DNA of 64,000 nucleotides from an uncultured Verrucomicrobiae bacterium (GCA_963813025.1 CAWEXO010000011.1:490230-554229), one strand, 5' to 3'. Positions 35,811-46,436 are shown, counted from the stretch's first letter. The notes: generated from the sequence alone by a model not told the origin. Numbers and translations: made by a program.

Positions 35811-36908
35811 TTACGAATTAAAGAAAAACTTGCCGTGTTTTGCCGCTTCGGTGTGATGGTCCACTTCCCAGTAAACATCGCACAGAATATCACTCTTCTC
35901 GGGGAACGGACTCTCCTCGGCGAACTTCACGCTCTGGTTCGCTTCTTCTTTGGCCTCTTTGTCGATTTTTTCAAACTGGTCTTCATCCAACAGGCCTTCC
36001 TTCATCAAGGTACGCGACCAGACCTGGATGGGATCGTGCTCGCTCTTGTACCGCTCGATCTCCTCGGGCGACCGATATTTTTTCGCGTTGGCGTCCGCAA
36101 CGGAATGACCGTAATACCGATAAGTTTGGACCTCGAGCAGCGTCGGTTCACTTTCAGTGTGCGCCCGGTCAATCGCGGTCTGAGTTTTGGCCCGAACCTC
36201 ATAGATGTCTTCTCCCTGAAACACGTCCCAAGGCATATTGTAGGCTTCCGCGCGTTGGGCGAGACCGCCTTTAAATGCCGAGGATCGTTGCAGACTCGTG
36301 CCCATCGAATAGCCGTTGTTCTCAATGATATAAATAACGGGCAGTTTAAATAACTCGGCCATGTTTAGCGATTCGTGGAACGGGCCTTGGTTAATTGCCC
36401 CGTCGCCCAGAAAACATAAGCAGCAGCCGCGGACGCCTTTATACTTCAAAGCATAGGCGATCCCTGCGCCGAGGGGTGTCTGACCTCCAACAATGCCGTG
36501 ACCACCCCAAAAGCGTTTGTCCGGTGCGAAGAAATGCATCGAACCACCCTTCCCTTTCGAACAACCGGTCGCTCGTCCAAACAGTTCGGCCATGCATTCA
36601 TTCATGGACATTCCAATTGCCAAAGCGTGACCGTGATCGCGATACGCGGTGATCACATGATCCGTCGGCGAAAGTAACGAAATCGCGCCGACCGCCACGG
36701 CTTCTTCACCAGAATAAAGATGGAGGAAACCACCCATTTTTCCCAAGTTATAATATTTCAAGGCCGTTTGTTCGAAACGCCGGATCCGGCACATATCGGT
36801 CAACAAACGAATCTTATCCTCTTTGCTTAGCAAACGATTGATCGGGGCGTCGGCGTAGCTGGGCTTGGCGGAGGAAGTTTCCTTGGACTTGGTGGAGGAA
36901 GTTTCCAT
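35811..36908 (-). CDS. pdhA: pyruvate dehydrogenase E1 component, alpha subunit
   Basis: 365 aa. TPP-binding motifs GDGAINQGPFHESLNMA and IIENNGYSMGT, plus YRYYGHSVAD. Confidence 0.95.
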   Translation of the reverse strand: METSSTKSKETSSAKPSYADAPINRLLSKEDKIRLLTDMCRIRRFEQTALKYYNLGKMGGFLHLYSGEEAVAVGAISLLSPTDHVITAYRDHGHALAIGMSMNECMAELFGRATGCSKGKGGSMHFFAPDKRFWGGHGIVGGQTPLGAGIAYALKYKGVRGCCLCFLGDGAINQGPFHESLNMAELFKLPVIYIIENNGYSMGTSLQRSSAFKGGLAQRAEAYNMPWDVFQGEDIYEVRAKTQTAIDRAHTESEPTLLEVQTYRYYGHSVADANAKKYRSPEEIERYKSEHDPIQVWSRTLMKEGLLDEDQFEKIDKEAKEEANQSVKFAEESPFPEKSDILCDVYWEVDHHTEAAKHGKFFFNS

Positions 36909-36927
36909 AACAAAGGTGCTACGAAAT

Positions 36928-37563
36928 CTAAGTGTTTTTTGGCGTTTCGGAAAGAGAGTCGGTCATTTTCGGCACCGCAGCCGAGGCCAGCCTTTGTCGG
37001 CGTGGCAGGCTGGACAGGGCCCAGGATAGCAAGAAGAGGATGGTGAAACTCAAATCGCTGACGAGGGTGTTGCGAAAGAAAAGAATGGTCGGTGGGAATC
37101 CCGGGTGACCCGCAGTCAAGGACTGATAAAGGCCCGCGGCGGTCCGAGGATAAGGAGTTACTGGCAGCGGGCCAGAAGCGTCGAACCACCAATCGGCGGT
37201 GTTGGTGATCAGATAGAAAAGTAAGGAGGCGACGACCGAGCCAGCGAGAGTGTACAACATCTTATAATGTTGTTGCTTGGATAGCCAGAAGCCCAGCAGA
37301 AGGATGAGCCCAAAACTAAAATACCCGGGGATCATCCGGGTATCGAGCAATGGTACCTGGTAATGTGCGTTGAGGATTAAATCGCTGAGCAATACGATGG
37401 CGAGAGGTATGAGGAAAGCAGCCCGGGGCCGCAGATACGCCCCTGCGCACAAAATAATCGCGGCCAGGGGCGAGAAATTCGCCCAATCGGCGGGCGCCCC
37501 GGCCAGAGCGTAAAGCACCCGGTAACATATTGCGACAACGATGAGGAGAAGAGCGGCGGGCAT
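36928..37563 (-). CDS. polytopic membrane protein, DUF6580-like
   Basis: 211 aa, 5-6 TM helices. The N-terminal pattern NFSPLAAIILCAGAY...IPLAIVLLSDLIL resembles the DUF6580 family. Confidence 0.5.
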   Translation of the reverse strand: MPAALLLIVVAICYRVLYALAGAPADWANFSPLAAIILCAGAYLRPRAAFLIPLAIVLLSDLILNAHYQVPLLDTRMIPGYFSFGLILLLGFWLSKQQHYKMLYTLAGSVVASLLFYLITNTADWWFDASGPLPVTPYPRTAAGLYQSLTAGHPGFPPTILFFRNTLVSDLSFTILFLLSWALSSLPRRQRLASAAVPKMTDSLSETPKNT

Positions 37564-37780
37564 GACGCAAAACAGTTAGGCAACGGAGCAACGAAAGCAA
37601 AGGGAATCAGAAAATGAACGGAGGAGGGGAGCGAACTAAATAACATTATAGTAAAGCGTTATGTCATTGCCGGCAACAGGAGGACCGACGGCTGGAACGG
37701 CTCAAGGCGCGATTCCCGGCGGCTATCCGCGTTTTCTAAGTGAGACTGAGCAACAAACTCACGCCGCTTAGGCTGCCAGA

Positions 37781-38089
37781 TCACCAGTCCTTGACCATAG
37801 CCGAGAGCTCTTCAATGAGCAGATCGATTTTTTTTAGATCTTTGCGGCGGCCTTTTTCGGGTTTCAGATCGAGGGTTCGACAGAGGGTGAGCATGTCACG
37901 GAAATCGCGGATTCGCGAGGCTGAAATCTTCGGATTTTCGGCCTGCTCGATCACCGCATCGCGAACTTGCACCAGATCCTTGTCCAAGCGGGCGGCGTAG
38001 ACGTCGACGCAATCCCGAAACGTCTTACGCAAAAAGTCCAGCTCTTCAGCCAGGGACTTCATGGGTGAGACCTCGAGGGATTTTGTCAT
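37781..38089 (-). CDS. small hypothetical protein (about 102 aa)
   Basis: The track ORF extends to 38425, but the first 112 codons overlap the mnmG 5' region and look non-coding. The plausible start is MTKSLEVSPMKSLAEELDFL (ATG 38089). Helical and charged. Confidence 0.45.
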   Translation of the reverse strand: MTKSLEVSPMKSLAEELDFLRKTFRDCVDVYAARLDKDLVQVRDAVIEQAENPKISASRIRDFRDMLTLCRTLDLKPEKGRRKDLKKIDLLIEELSAMVKDW

Positions 38090-38409
38090 GGCGGCAGAAA
38101 CAGTCAACCAATAGTGAACGAAACGGCGAGGAATGTCACGCGAAAGAAAGAAGTTATTTACGCTTAGCCAGTTTGCAGCGGCCTGAGTGGCGGAGCGGCC
38201 TGAGCGAAATCGAGCGGCGCAGGCGAGTGGTCCGGCGGAGCAGCGAATTGTGGGCAACAACTGCACGTGCGAACGGAACCTTCGCGGGTCCCTCGGGCCG
38301 CTTTTTGCGCTCGCTTGCTGCACCTCTTCGGCGAAGCCGCTCAGCCCGGTCAAGCCGCTCCAAAGCGTTCCTGGGTTGAATTCCCGGCCTAATTCACGGA
38401 TTCTGGCAG

Positions 38410-40269
38410 GTGATACTATATCCAAAGCACTATGATGTCGTCGTCGTGGGCGCCGGGCACGCGGGGATTGAGGCGGCGGCGGCAGCGGCCCGCTTGGGGT
38501 GTGGCGTGTTAATGCTCACGCAGAATCTGGATACAATCGGCCAAATGTCCTGTAACCCGGCGATTGGGGGGCTGGGAAAAGGACACATTGTGCGGGAGAT
38601 CGACGCGCTGGGAGGTCTGATGGGGGTTAACACGGACGCCACAGGGATCCAATTTCGGATGCTTAACGCCAACAAAGGTCCCAGCGTTCGGGCGCCGCGT
38701 GCGCAATGTGATAAGAAAGCGTACCAGTTTCGACTGAAGAACGTCCTGGAGGCCATTCCCAACCTGGACCTGTTCCAGGGGAACGTTGTGCAATTGCTCG
38801 TCGAAGACGGAACGATGACCGGGGTCGAGACCAACCTGGGTCTGCGTATCACGGCCCGGGCAGTAATTCTGACGACAGGCACCTTTATGCGCGGACTGCT
38901 CCATGTCGGATTGCAGAATCAGGCCGGCGGTCGCATGGGCGACGCCGCATCGACAGTAAGCGATAGCCTGCGTCAGTTGGGCTTCAGTCTCGGCCGGTTC
39001 AAAACCGGCACTCCGTGCCGCGTCAACGCGCGGTCAATCGATTTGTCCCGGTGCGAGCGCCAGGATGGCGACACCTCTCCGCCCCGGTTTTCCGCGCAGG
39101 AGAGGGGATTCGCTCCCGGGCCCTTCACGCTGAACAGCCTGCGCGACGGGATGTTCCACGTGGAACAGGTCCCGTGTTGGATTACGCATACGACAGAGGA
39201 GACGCACCGTTTGATTCGCCAGAATCTCGACAAATCACCGATGTTCAGCGGAATTATCCAGGGTGTCGGTCCACGATACTGTCCCTCTATCGAGGATAAG
39301 GTCGTCAAATTCGCCGATAAAACGTCCCACCAGCTCTTTCTCGAGCCTGAGGGACGTCAAACGAACGAAGTTTACCTCAACGGACTCTCAACCAGCCTGC
39401 CCTTTGAGGTTCAGCACGCGTTTGTCCGTAGCGTTCCTGGCCTGGAACGCGCCGAGATCGTCCGCCCGGGATACGCCGTGGAGTATGATTATTGTCCGCC
39501 GACCCAACTCTATCCGACCCTGGAAACCAAGCGGATCCAGGCACTCTATTTCGCGGGCCAAATTAACGGTACCTCGGGTTATGAAGAGGCCGCCGCACAA
39601 GGTCTTGTAGCCGGCATCAATGCAGGCCACAAAATCTTCGGTAAACCTCCCTTCGTTCTTTCCCGGGCGGAAGCCTATATCGGGGTGTTAATCGATGATC
39701 TGGTAACCAAAGGAGTGCAAGAGCCCTATCGGATGTTTACCAGCCGTGCGGAGTACCGGCTTTTGCTCCGCCAGGACAATGCGGACCTCCGTCTCACCCC
39801 ATTAGCTTGGCAGCATGGTCTGGTCAGCGTAGGGGAGTGGCAACGGGTCTCGGCCAAGATTCAGCAGATTGCCGCCGCCAAGACGCTGCTCACCGAGAAA
39901 ACGCAACAGCGGTGGGCGGCGCTTCTGCGTCGGCCGGAAGCGACTTTCCGCGATCTCCCGGCCTCAGTGCTTGCGCAGTTTCCCGCCTCGATCTGGGAAC
40001 AAGTCGAGACCGATTTGAAGTATGAGGGCTACATCCGGCGCCAGGAAACTGCGATCGCAAAAGCCGAACGCGACGAGAATCGACCAGTGCCGCCGCATCT
40101 GGATTTTAGGGAGGTTCAGGGCCTCCGCGCCGAAGCACGGCAAAAATTTACCCAGATTCAACCGCAAACGCTGGGACAAGCGGGGCGCATTAGCGGGATT
40201 ACTCCGGCCGACATTGCCTTGCTGACGATATTTCTGGAAAAAACAAATCGCTCAACTGTCTCTTGTTGA
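38410..40269 (+). CDS. mnmG: tRNA uridine 5-carboxymethylaminomethyl modification enzyme MnmG (GidA)
   Basis: 619 aa. Motifs YDVVVVGAGHAGIEAA, MSCNPAIGGLGKGH, GPRYCPSIEDK, FFAGQINGTSGYEEAA. Confidence 0.97.
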   Translation: MILYPKHYDVVVVGAGHAGIEAAAAAARLGCGVLMLTQNLDTIGQMSCNPAIGGLGKGHIVREIDALGGLMGVNTDATGIQFRMLNANKGPSVRAPRAQCDKKAYQFRLKNVLEAIPNLDLFQGNVVQLLVEDGTMTGVETNLGLRITARAVILTTGTFMRGLLHVGLQNQAGGRMGDAASTVSDSLRQLGFSLGRFKTGTPCRVNARSIDLSRCERQDGDTSPPRFSAQERGFAPGPFTLNSLRDGMFHVEQVPCWITHTTEETHRLIRQNLDKSPMFSGIIQGVGPRYCPSIEDKVVKFADKTSHQLFLEPEGRQTNEVYLNGLSTSLPFEVQHAFVRSVPGLERAEIVRPGYAVEYDYCPPTQLYPTLETKRIQALYFAGQINGTSGYEEAAAQGLVAGINAGHKIFGKPPFVLSRAEAYIGVLIDDLVTKGVQEPYRMFTSRAEYRLLLRQDNADLRLTPLAWQHGLVSVGEWQRVSAKIQQIAAAKTLLTEKTQQRWAALLRRPEATFRDLPASVLAQFPASIWEQVETDLKYEGYIRRQETAIAKAERDENRPVPPHLDFREVQGLRAEARQKFTQIQPQTLGQAGRISGITPADIALLTIFLEKTNRSTVSC

Positions 40270-40463
40270 GCCGCTGAACCGTCGTCCTGCGAGTGCTCCG
40301 GTGAGCATCGCAATGGCAGCCGAGCGAAATGCCGCGTCGCCAAACACCATAAACGGCGGGGCGAACACTCCCTTTGCAACAAATTGCGTTGGCCGTGTGT
40401 CTTCCCGGAAAGCGAAACAACTTGACAATGATTAGGACGCTAATAATTAGGCAGCTTAATTTT

Positions 40464-41003
40464 ATGCCCGACGAGGTCCCTTATTTTAAAAACCTTCCCC
40501 GCTACGATATTTTGCGCACCGAAGCGGAACGCTGCCCCGAGTTTGACGCCTCAGCCTGCTTCGCTTTTCTGCATCTTCTGAAGACTGGGCACGAACTTCT
40601 CTCGCTGGACTCGCAGGTTCTCAGTTCGCTCGGGACGCGGCAAGGTCGCTTCTCCCTCCTGCTGCTGGCAAATAAGCATGATGCACCAACGGCCGCCGAG
40701 CTGGCCGAGGATACCGGCGTCACCCGAGCAACGATCACGGGTTTACTGGACGGCCTGGAACGAGAGGGTCTGATCGAACGCCGGACGGATTCGGAGGACC
40801 GTCGCGCTGTCCGAGTGCATTTAACGCCGCTTGGTTTGGTCCTGCTGGAAAAGGTGAAGCCGGCTTATTGCCAGTGGTTTTCCCAGGTGGTCGCGAACCT
40901 GACCGAGAACGAGCGACAGCAGTTGGTGGGTCTTCTAACAAAAATCCAGGTGCAAATGGCGCGTCTGACCGCGGAAATTCCGGGAACATCCCGAGCGGCC
41001 TGA
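40464..41003 (+). CDS. MarR-family transcriptional regulator
   Basis: wHTH region PTAAELAEDTGVTRATITGLLDGLEREGLIERRTDSEDRRAVRVHLTPLG. The start is uncertain (ATG 40464 or 40428; the track uses TTG 40374). Confidence 0.8.
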   Translation: MPDEVPYFKNLPRYDILRTEAERCPEFDASACFAFLHLLKTGHELLSLDSQVLSSLGTRQGRFSLLLLANKHDAPTAAELAEDTGVTRATITGLLDGLEREGLIERRTDSEDRRAVRVHLTPLGLVLLEKVKPAYCQWFSQVVANLTENERQQLVGLLTKIQVQMARLTAEIPGTSRAA

Positions 41004-41010
41004 GAACAAC

Positions 41011-42162
41011 ATGCGAATTTTTCTTCGGCTCCTTGTCGGCGTGGCGCTCCTGCTGTCGGTTCTAGCACTCGTCCGCCATTTCACCGCCGGCCACGTTCCG
41101 GCGAAGCAGACGACAGGTCCCGTTGTCTCCACGGCGAACGCCGCGCCGTCCCCTGCGGCCCTCGACATTTCCTCCGATGTGGCGCGGCAGGAGGTTTGGC
41201 AGCCCTTTCTGGAATCGGTGGGTTCGGTGACGGCGATCAAAGGCGTTACCTTGAGCACCGAGATTGCGGGGATCGTGCAACGGATCGCGTTTGAATCCGG
41301 CGTTCGGGTCAAAGCTGGCGATCTGCTGATCCAATTAGATATCACCCAGGAACAAGCGCAGCTCGCTCAGGCGACCGCCAAGCGCAATCTGGACAAAATC
41401 AATCTGGACCGTTACCAGAATTTGCTGGCACGGCATACGGTGTCCCAGTCGGACTTTGATTCGGCGGAAGCAAATTTTCGAACGGCCCAGGGCGCCGTTG
41501 ACGAGCAGAACGCCATTATCGGCAAGAAAACTATCCGGGCTCCTTTCGATGGTGTTGTCGGAATTCGCCAAATCAACCTGGGTCAATACCTCGGGACTGG
41601 GCAAGCCATTGTCACCCTACAAGCGTTCGACCCGATCTATGTGAATTTTCAGTTGCCGCAGGAGAATCTTTCGTCGCTCTCCGCTGGAACGAAAGTTGAA
41701 GTGAGGATCGATGCTTATCCGGGGCGCACCTTCACCGGAAAGATCACTGCCGTGGATGCGCAGGTCGACGTCAACAGTCGGAATGTGCAGGTGCAAGCGA
41801 CGTTGCCCAACAGCGATTATCAGCTTCGGCCGGGTATGTATGCCAAGGTAAATGTGGCGACCGGGCAGGTTCGCGAAGTAACGACGGTTCCAGTCGCGGC
41901 GGTCAACTTTGCCCCATACGGCGACTCGGTCTTTATCGTCAGCGAAATACCCGACCCGTCCCTCCGGCATTTCCAGAGCGTACAGCAACAGTTTGTCAAG
42001 CTCGGCGAGACCCGCGGTGATCGTGTAGCGGTCCTTACCGGGCTGAAGCCCGGCGAACGGGTGGCAACGTCCGCCGTTTTCCGTTTACGCAGCGGCGAAG
42101 CAGTCCGAGTCGGTCAGAGTAAGAAATCGCCGGGACCAGAACAAACACCAGCGAAAGGTTGA
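41011..42162 (+). CDS. RND efflux membrane fusion protein (periplasmic adaptor), paralogue 1
   Basis: 383 aa. N-terminal anchor. Motifs IAGIVQRIAFESGVRVKAGDLLIQLD and IRAPFDGVVGIRQINLGQY, plus beta-barrel and MP domains. Confidence 0.9.
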   Translation: MRIFLRLLVGVALLLSVLALVRHFTAGHVPAKQTTGPVVSTANAAPSPAALDISSDVARQEVWQPFLESVGSVTAIKGVTLSTEIAGIVQRIAFESGVRVKAGDLLIQLDITQEQAQLAQATAKRNLDKINLDRYQNLLARHTVSQSDFDSAEANFRTAQGAVDEQNAIIGKKTIRAPFDGVVGIRQINLGQYLGTGQAIVTLQAFDPIYVNFQLPQENLSSLSAGTKVEVRIDAYPGRTFTGKITAVDAQVDVNSRNVQVQATLPNSDYQLRPGMYAKVNVATGQVREVTTVPVAAVNFAPYGDSVFIVSEIPDPSLRHFQSVQQQFVKLGETRGDRVAVLTGLKPGERVATSAVFRLRSGEAVRVGQSKKSPGPEQTPAKG

Positions 42163-43319
42163 TCTCCATGAGAAGATCTTTTCAACTACTGCTCGGTTTC
42201 CTCGTGATGTTCCTGGGAGTTTTCCTGGTGGTTGGCGGATTGGGCTACTACAAATTTTCGCAGATTCTGCACTACATCAAGCTGGCGCAGATGGGCGCTT
42301 TTGCACCGCCTCCGACGTCTGTCACCACGGAAGTGATTGAGGCTTCGGGCTGGCAGCCGACGCGGAACGTCATCGGATCGATTGCTGCGATCGAAGGCAT
42401 CACCGTCAGCACAGATTTGGCCGGAACCGTCGCGAAAATCGCGTTTGAATCTGGCGGCAAGGTCAAGCAAGGCGATCTTCTGGTTCAACTGGATACCAGC
42501 CAGGAGCAGGCCCAATTGGTCCAAGCGTGCGCTACGCGGGACTTGGCGCGACTCAATCGGGATCGCAACAAGGGACTTCTCGCGTCGCACACCATTGCGC
42601 AGGCCGACTTCGATAGTTCGGTGGCCGATCTGCAATCTGATCAGGGCGCGGTAGACGCGATCGCTGCGACGATTGCCAAAAAAACGGTGCGCGCGCCTTT
42701 CGACGGTGTTGTCGGCATTCGCCAGATCAACCTCGGCCAGTACCTCACTCCCGGTCAGGCGATGGTGTCGCTGCAGGCGTTCGATCCGATCTATGTGAAT
42801 TTTTTTCTGCCTCAACAGGATTTAGGCAAAATGACTGTTGGGCAGACGATCGAAATTTGGGTGGATACGTATCCTAACGAACGATTCCATGGGAAAATTA
42901 CCGCGCTGAACTCTTTGGTTGACCCCACGTCGCGCAATCTGCAGGTGCAAGCTACGGTGCGAAATCCGGACGAGAAACTGCGGCCGGGGATGTTCGCTCA
43001 CGTGAGCATTGCGCTGGGCGAGGACGAACATGTTGTCGCGATTCCGACTTCTTCCATTAGTTTTGGTCCGGACGGCGACGGGGTTTATGTCGTCACCGAG
43101 ATCACTGGCAAAGACGGCAAGAAAGTGAAGGCGGTCCGTCTGCAACCAGTGCAACTCGGACAGTCCCGCGGTGACCTGACCGCCGTGACACAGGGCGTCA
43201 AGCCGGGAGACGAGATCGTGACTTCCGGGGTATTTCGTTTACGGGATCGGGCACCGATAACGGTTAATAACGCGGTTAGACCGCAGAGCGAGCTGGCTCC
43301 CAGGTCGACGAACAGTTAA
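42159..43319 (+). CDS. RND efflux membrane fusion protein, paralogue 2
   Basis: 386 aa. Same domain order and many identical blocks as paralogue 1 (VRAPFDGVVGIRQINLGQYL, LQAFDPIYVNF). Its start overlaps the paralogue 1 stop by 4 nt. Confidence 0.9.
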   Translation: MISMRRSFQLLLGFLVMFLGVFLVVGGLGYYKFSQILHYIKLAQMGAFAPPPTSVTTEVIEASGWQPTRNVIGSIAAIEGITVSTDLAGTVAKIAFESGGKVKQGDLLVQLDTSQEQAQLVQACATRDLARLNRDRNKGLLASHTIAQADFDSSVADLQSDQGAVDAIAATIAKKTVRAPFDGVVGIRQINLGQYLTPGQAMVSLQAFDPIYVNFFLPQQDLGKMTVGQTIEIWVDTYPNERFHGKITALNSLVDPTSRNLQVQATVRNPDEKLRPGMFAHVSIALGEDEHVVAIPTSSISFGPDGDGVYVVTEITGKDGKKVKAVRLQPVQLGQSRGDLTAVTQGVKPGDEIVTSGVFRLRDRAPITVNNAVRPQSELAPRSTNS

Positions 43320-43326
43320 GAGATCA

Positions 43327-46300
43327 TTGCCTATGCGTTTCACCGATTTGTTTATTCGCCGGCCGGTTGTCGCGACGGTAGTTAATCTGATCATTCTGAT
43401 CGCGGGCTACCAGGCGTGGCGGAATCTCAGTGTGCGGCAATACCCGCGCAGCGACATTTCCGTGATCACGGTCACAACTGTCTATGTTGGAGCCGACGCG
43501 GACCTGGTGCAAGGGTTCGTCACGACACCGTTGGAACAGGCGATCGCTGCCGTTGAAGGAGTTGATTACATGGAGTCGCAAAGCGCTCCGGGCCAAAGCA
43601 CGATCTCGATTCAGCTCAAGATTAACTATGATCCGTTTAAGGCGCTGACCCAGGTCCAGGCGAAGGTTAACCAGGTGCGGAACGATCTGCCGCCAGAGGC
43701 AGAATTACCGATGATCGATATCACCTCGACCGACAACCAGTTCGCGCAAATGTATCTGAGTTTTTATTCGAACGATCTCGATCGAAACCAGATCAGCGAT
43801 TATCTCGCTCGAGTCATCCAACCAAAGTTATCTGCCATCAACGGCGTGCAGCAAGCCGAGATTCTTGGGGAGCGCAAATTTGCGATGCGCATCTGGCTAA
43901 AAGCAGACCGCATGGCTGCCTTGGGAGTATCGGCAACCGATGTGCAGCAGAAGCTTTCGCAGAACAACTATCTCTCAGCCCTCGGTTCGACCAAGGGAGC
44001 AATGGTGGCAGTTAATCTGAAGGCGAACACTGATTTACGGAGTGCTGACGAGTTCAAACAGTTAGTAATTAAGGAGAGCACTGGGGCAATTATCCGGTTG
44101 CGAGACATTGCCGACGTCGAACTCGGCGCGGAGGACTACAATTCCGATGTCCGGTTCTCCGGCAGCACAGCTACCTTCATGGGCATTTTTGTTTTGCCGA
44201 CGGCCAATAGTCTGGAGGTCATCAAGAATGTGCGAGCGGCCTTGCCGGAGCTCGCCCGGCAGTTGCCGGTGGGCATGAAGTTAGACGTTCCCTATGACTC
44301 GACCAAGTACATCGATAATGCCATTCGCGAAGTCACCAAGACGCTGACCGAAACGATCGGCATCGTCATTGTCGTGATTTTCCTTTTCATGGGTTCGTTT
44401 CGGAGCGTGCTCATCCCAGTGGTGGCGATTCCGCTCTCTTTGATTGGCGCGCTTTTTCTCATGTTAGCCTTCGGGTTTACCCTGAACCTGTTGACCTTGT
44501 TAGCAATCGTGCTCGCGGTAGGACTAGTGGTCGACGATGCGATTGTCGTGGTGGAGAACGTCGAACGGCATATCGGGGAAGGCTTAAGTCCGATGGACGC
44601 GGCGCTGAAGGGTGCGCGAGAACTCTTCGGACCCATCGTCGCCATGACGATCACGTTGGCGACGGTGTATGCGCCGATCGGAATTCAGGGCGGACTGACC
44701 GGAGCATTATTCCGCGAATTTGCCTTCACGCTTGCCGGCGCAGTGGTAGTATCCGGATTCGTCGCCCTGACTTTATCGCCGATGATGTCTTCCCGGCTTT
44801 TGCGGGCGGGGATGAACGAGCATGGGATGGCCGGCTTCGTAAGCGGGACCTTTGATCGTTTTCGCAATCTTTACGTTCGGCTGCTTCGGTTTATTCTGAA
44901 CTTTCGGCCGGTTGTCTACACCCTGTGGGTAATCGTCGTTTTACTGATGGTTCCCTTCTATATGTTTTCCGGGAAGGAAGCCGCTCCGAAGGAAGATCAG
45001 GGGGTCATTTTTGGTATCGTGCAAACGGCGCCCAACTCAACCCTCGATCAGAATCTTCTGTTCACCCACCAGGTGAACTCGGTTTTCCAAAGCTTTCCTG
45101 AAACCGCGCAGACTTTCCAGATCACCTTTCCGGACCGAGGCTTTTCGGGGATGGTGGCAAAACCGTGGGAGGAACGCCAGCGGACGATGGAACAGGTGTT
45201 GATCGATGTCGACAAGAAACTGGCCTTGATCCCCGGAATTCGGGTAATCGGGGCAACGCCATCGCCTTTGCCCGGCGGCACGAATTTCCCGGTGGAGTTT
45301 GTCATTGCTTCCACCGTGCAACCGCGCGAGCTGCTCGATTTTTCCCGGAAACTTGTCGGAGCGGCGATGAGCAGCGGCAAATTCTTCTTCGCCGACAGCG
45401 ATCTGAAGTATGATCAACCGCAATCTACCGTTGTCTTTGACCGGGACAAGGTAGGGTCCATGGGCCTGAATCTCCAGAACGTCGGCGGCGACCTCGCCTG
45501 GCTTTACGGAGGTAATTATGTTAACCGGTTTAGTATTCAGGGGCGTAGTTACAAAGTTATTCCCCAGATCCAGCGAGTAGAGCGACTTACTGCGGACCAG
45601 CTGCAGAACGTCTATGTCAGCGGTCCGAATGGTCAACTGGTGCAATTATCAACCTTTGCGACGATCAAGAACGACGTCCAGCCGCGCTCTCTCAATCGGT
45701 TCAACCAGTTGAATTCGGTGAAAATCCAAGGAGTGATCCCTCCCAGCGTGACCGTTGATCAAGCGCTGAAAGTGCTGGAGGATGAAGCCGCGAAGATTCT
45801 GCCCAACGGTTACACCATCGACTATACGGGCGAATCGCGTCAACTGCGGAAGGAAGGTAACGCCTTCATGACCACCTTCGTGCTCGCGGTCATTTTGATC
45901 TACCTGGTGTTAGCCGCGCAATTCGAAAGCTTCCGCGATCCGTTCATTATTCTCGCCGGTTCCGTGCCCTTGGCATTATCCGGAGCCTTGACCTTTAGCT
46001 TTCTCGGACTAACCACGATCAATGTTTACAGTCAGGTGGGTCTGATTACCCTGGTCGGGTTAATCGCCAAGAACGGAATATTAATCGTGGAGTTTGCTAA
46101 CCGCCTGCAGGAAGAAGGACGGGACAAACTGCGCGCGATTATCGATGCCGCCGGGACACGCTTGCGGCCGGTGCTTATGACGACGGTGGCAACCGTGATG
46201 GGCCATCTGCCGCTGGTCTTTGCCCGCGGACCCGGAGCGGGGGCGCGAAACAGCATCGGCATCATGCTGGTCTCCGGAATGATTATCGGCACGAGTTTTA

Positions 46301-46419
46301 CCTTATTCGTGGTACCCTCTATCTACATGTTGATCGCCAAGGATCACCGCAAAGACAAGCTGCGGCGAGGGGAGGGGGCGCTCGAATCGCCGGAAAAATT
46401 GGAACCAGCGCTTGCCTAA
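43327..46419 (+). CDS. RND family efflux permease (AcrB/HAE1-like)
   Basis: 1030 aa, 12 TM helices with two large periplasmic loops. Motifs FIRRPVVATVVNL, VVDDAIVVVENVERH, AKNGILIVEFAN. Confidence 0.95.
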   Translation: MPMRFTDLFIRRPVVATVVNLIILIAGYQAWRNLSVRQYPRSDISVITVTTVYVGADADLVQGFVTTPLEQAIAAVEGVDYMESQSAPGQSTISIQLKINYDPFKALTQVQAKVNQVRNDLPPEAELPMIDITSTDNQFAQMYLSFYSNDLDRNQISDYLARVIQPKLSAINGVQQAEILGERKFAMRIWLKADRMAALGVSATDVQQKLSQNNYLSALGSTKGAMVAVNLKANTDLRSADEFKQLVIKESTGAIIRLRDIADVELGAEDYNSDVRFSGSTATFMGIFVLPTANSLEVIKNVRAALPELARQLPVGMKLDVPYDSTKYIDNAIREVTKTLTETIGIVIVVIFLFMGSFRSVLIPVVAIPLSLIGALFLMLAFGFTLNLLTLLAIVLAVGLVVDDAIVVVENVERHIGEGLSPMDAALKGARELFGPIVAMTITLATVYAPIGIQGGLTGALFREFAFTLAGAVVVSGFVALTLSPMMSSRLLRAGMNEHGMAGFVSGTFDRFRNLYVRLLRFILNFRPVVYTLWVIVVLLMVPFYMFSGKEAAPKEDQGVIFGIVQTAPNSTLDQNLLFTHQVNSVFQSFPETAQTFQITFPDRGFSGMVAKPWEERQRTMEQVLIDVDKKLALIPGIRVIGATPSPLPGGTNFPVEFVIASTVQPRELLDFSRKLVGAAMSSGKFFFADSDLKYDQPQSTVVFDRDKVGSMGLNLQNVGGDLAWLYGGNYVNRFSIQGRSYKVIPQIQRVERLTADQLQNVYVSGPNGQLVQLSTFATIKNDVQPRSLNRFNQLNSVKIQGVIPPSVTVDQALKVLEDEAAKILPNGYTIDYTGESRQLRKEGNAFMTTFVLAVILIYLVLAAQFESFRDPFIILAGSVPLALSGALTFSFLGLTTINVYSQVGLITLVGLIAKNGILIVEFANRLQEEGRDKLRAIIDAAGTRLRPVLMTTVATVMGHLPLVFARGPGAGARNSIGIMLVSGMIIGTSFTLFVVPSIYMLIAKDHRKDKLRRGEGALESPEKLEPALA

Positions 46420-46420
46420 A

Positions 46421-46436
46421 TCCCGCGAAAGCGGGA
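46421..46436 (+). terminator. short hairpin directly after the RND gene stop
   Basis: The hairpin is tcccgc gaaa gcggga, beginning 2 nt after TAA 46417-46419. It has no U-tract, so confidence is low. Confidence 0.35.

Noticed and set aside
37781-38425. Full 214-aa version of the minus-strand ORF
   Set aside because: The N-terminal 112 codons run through the mnmG promoter and 5' region and are compositionally non-coding. Only the last roughly 100 codons (from ATG 38089) look like a gene.
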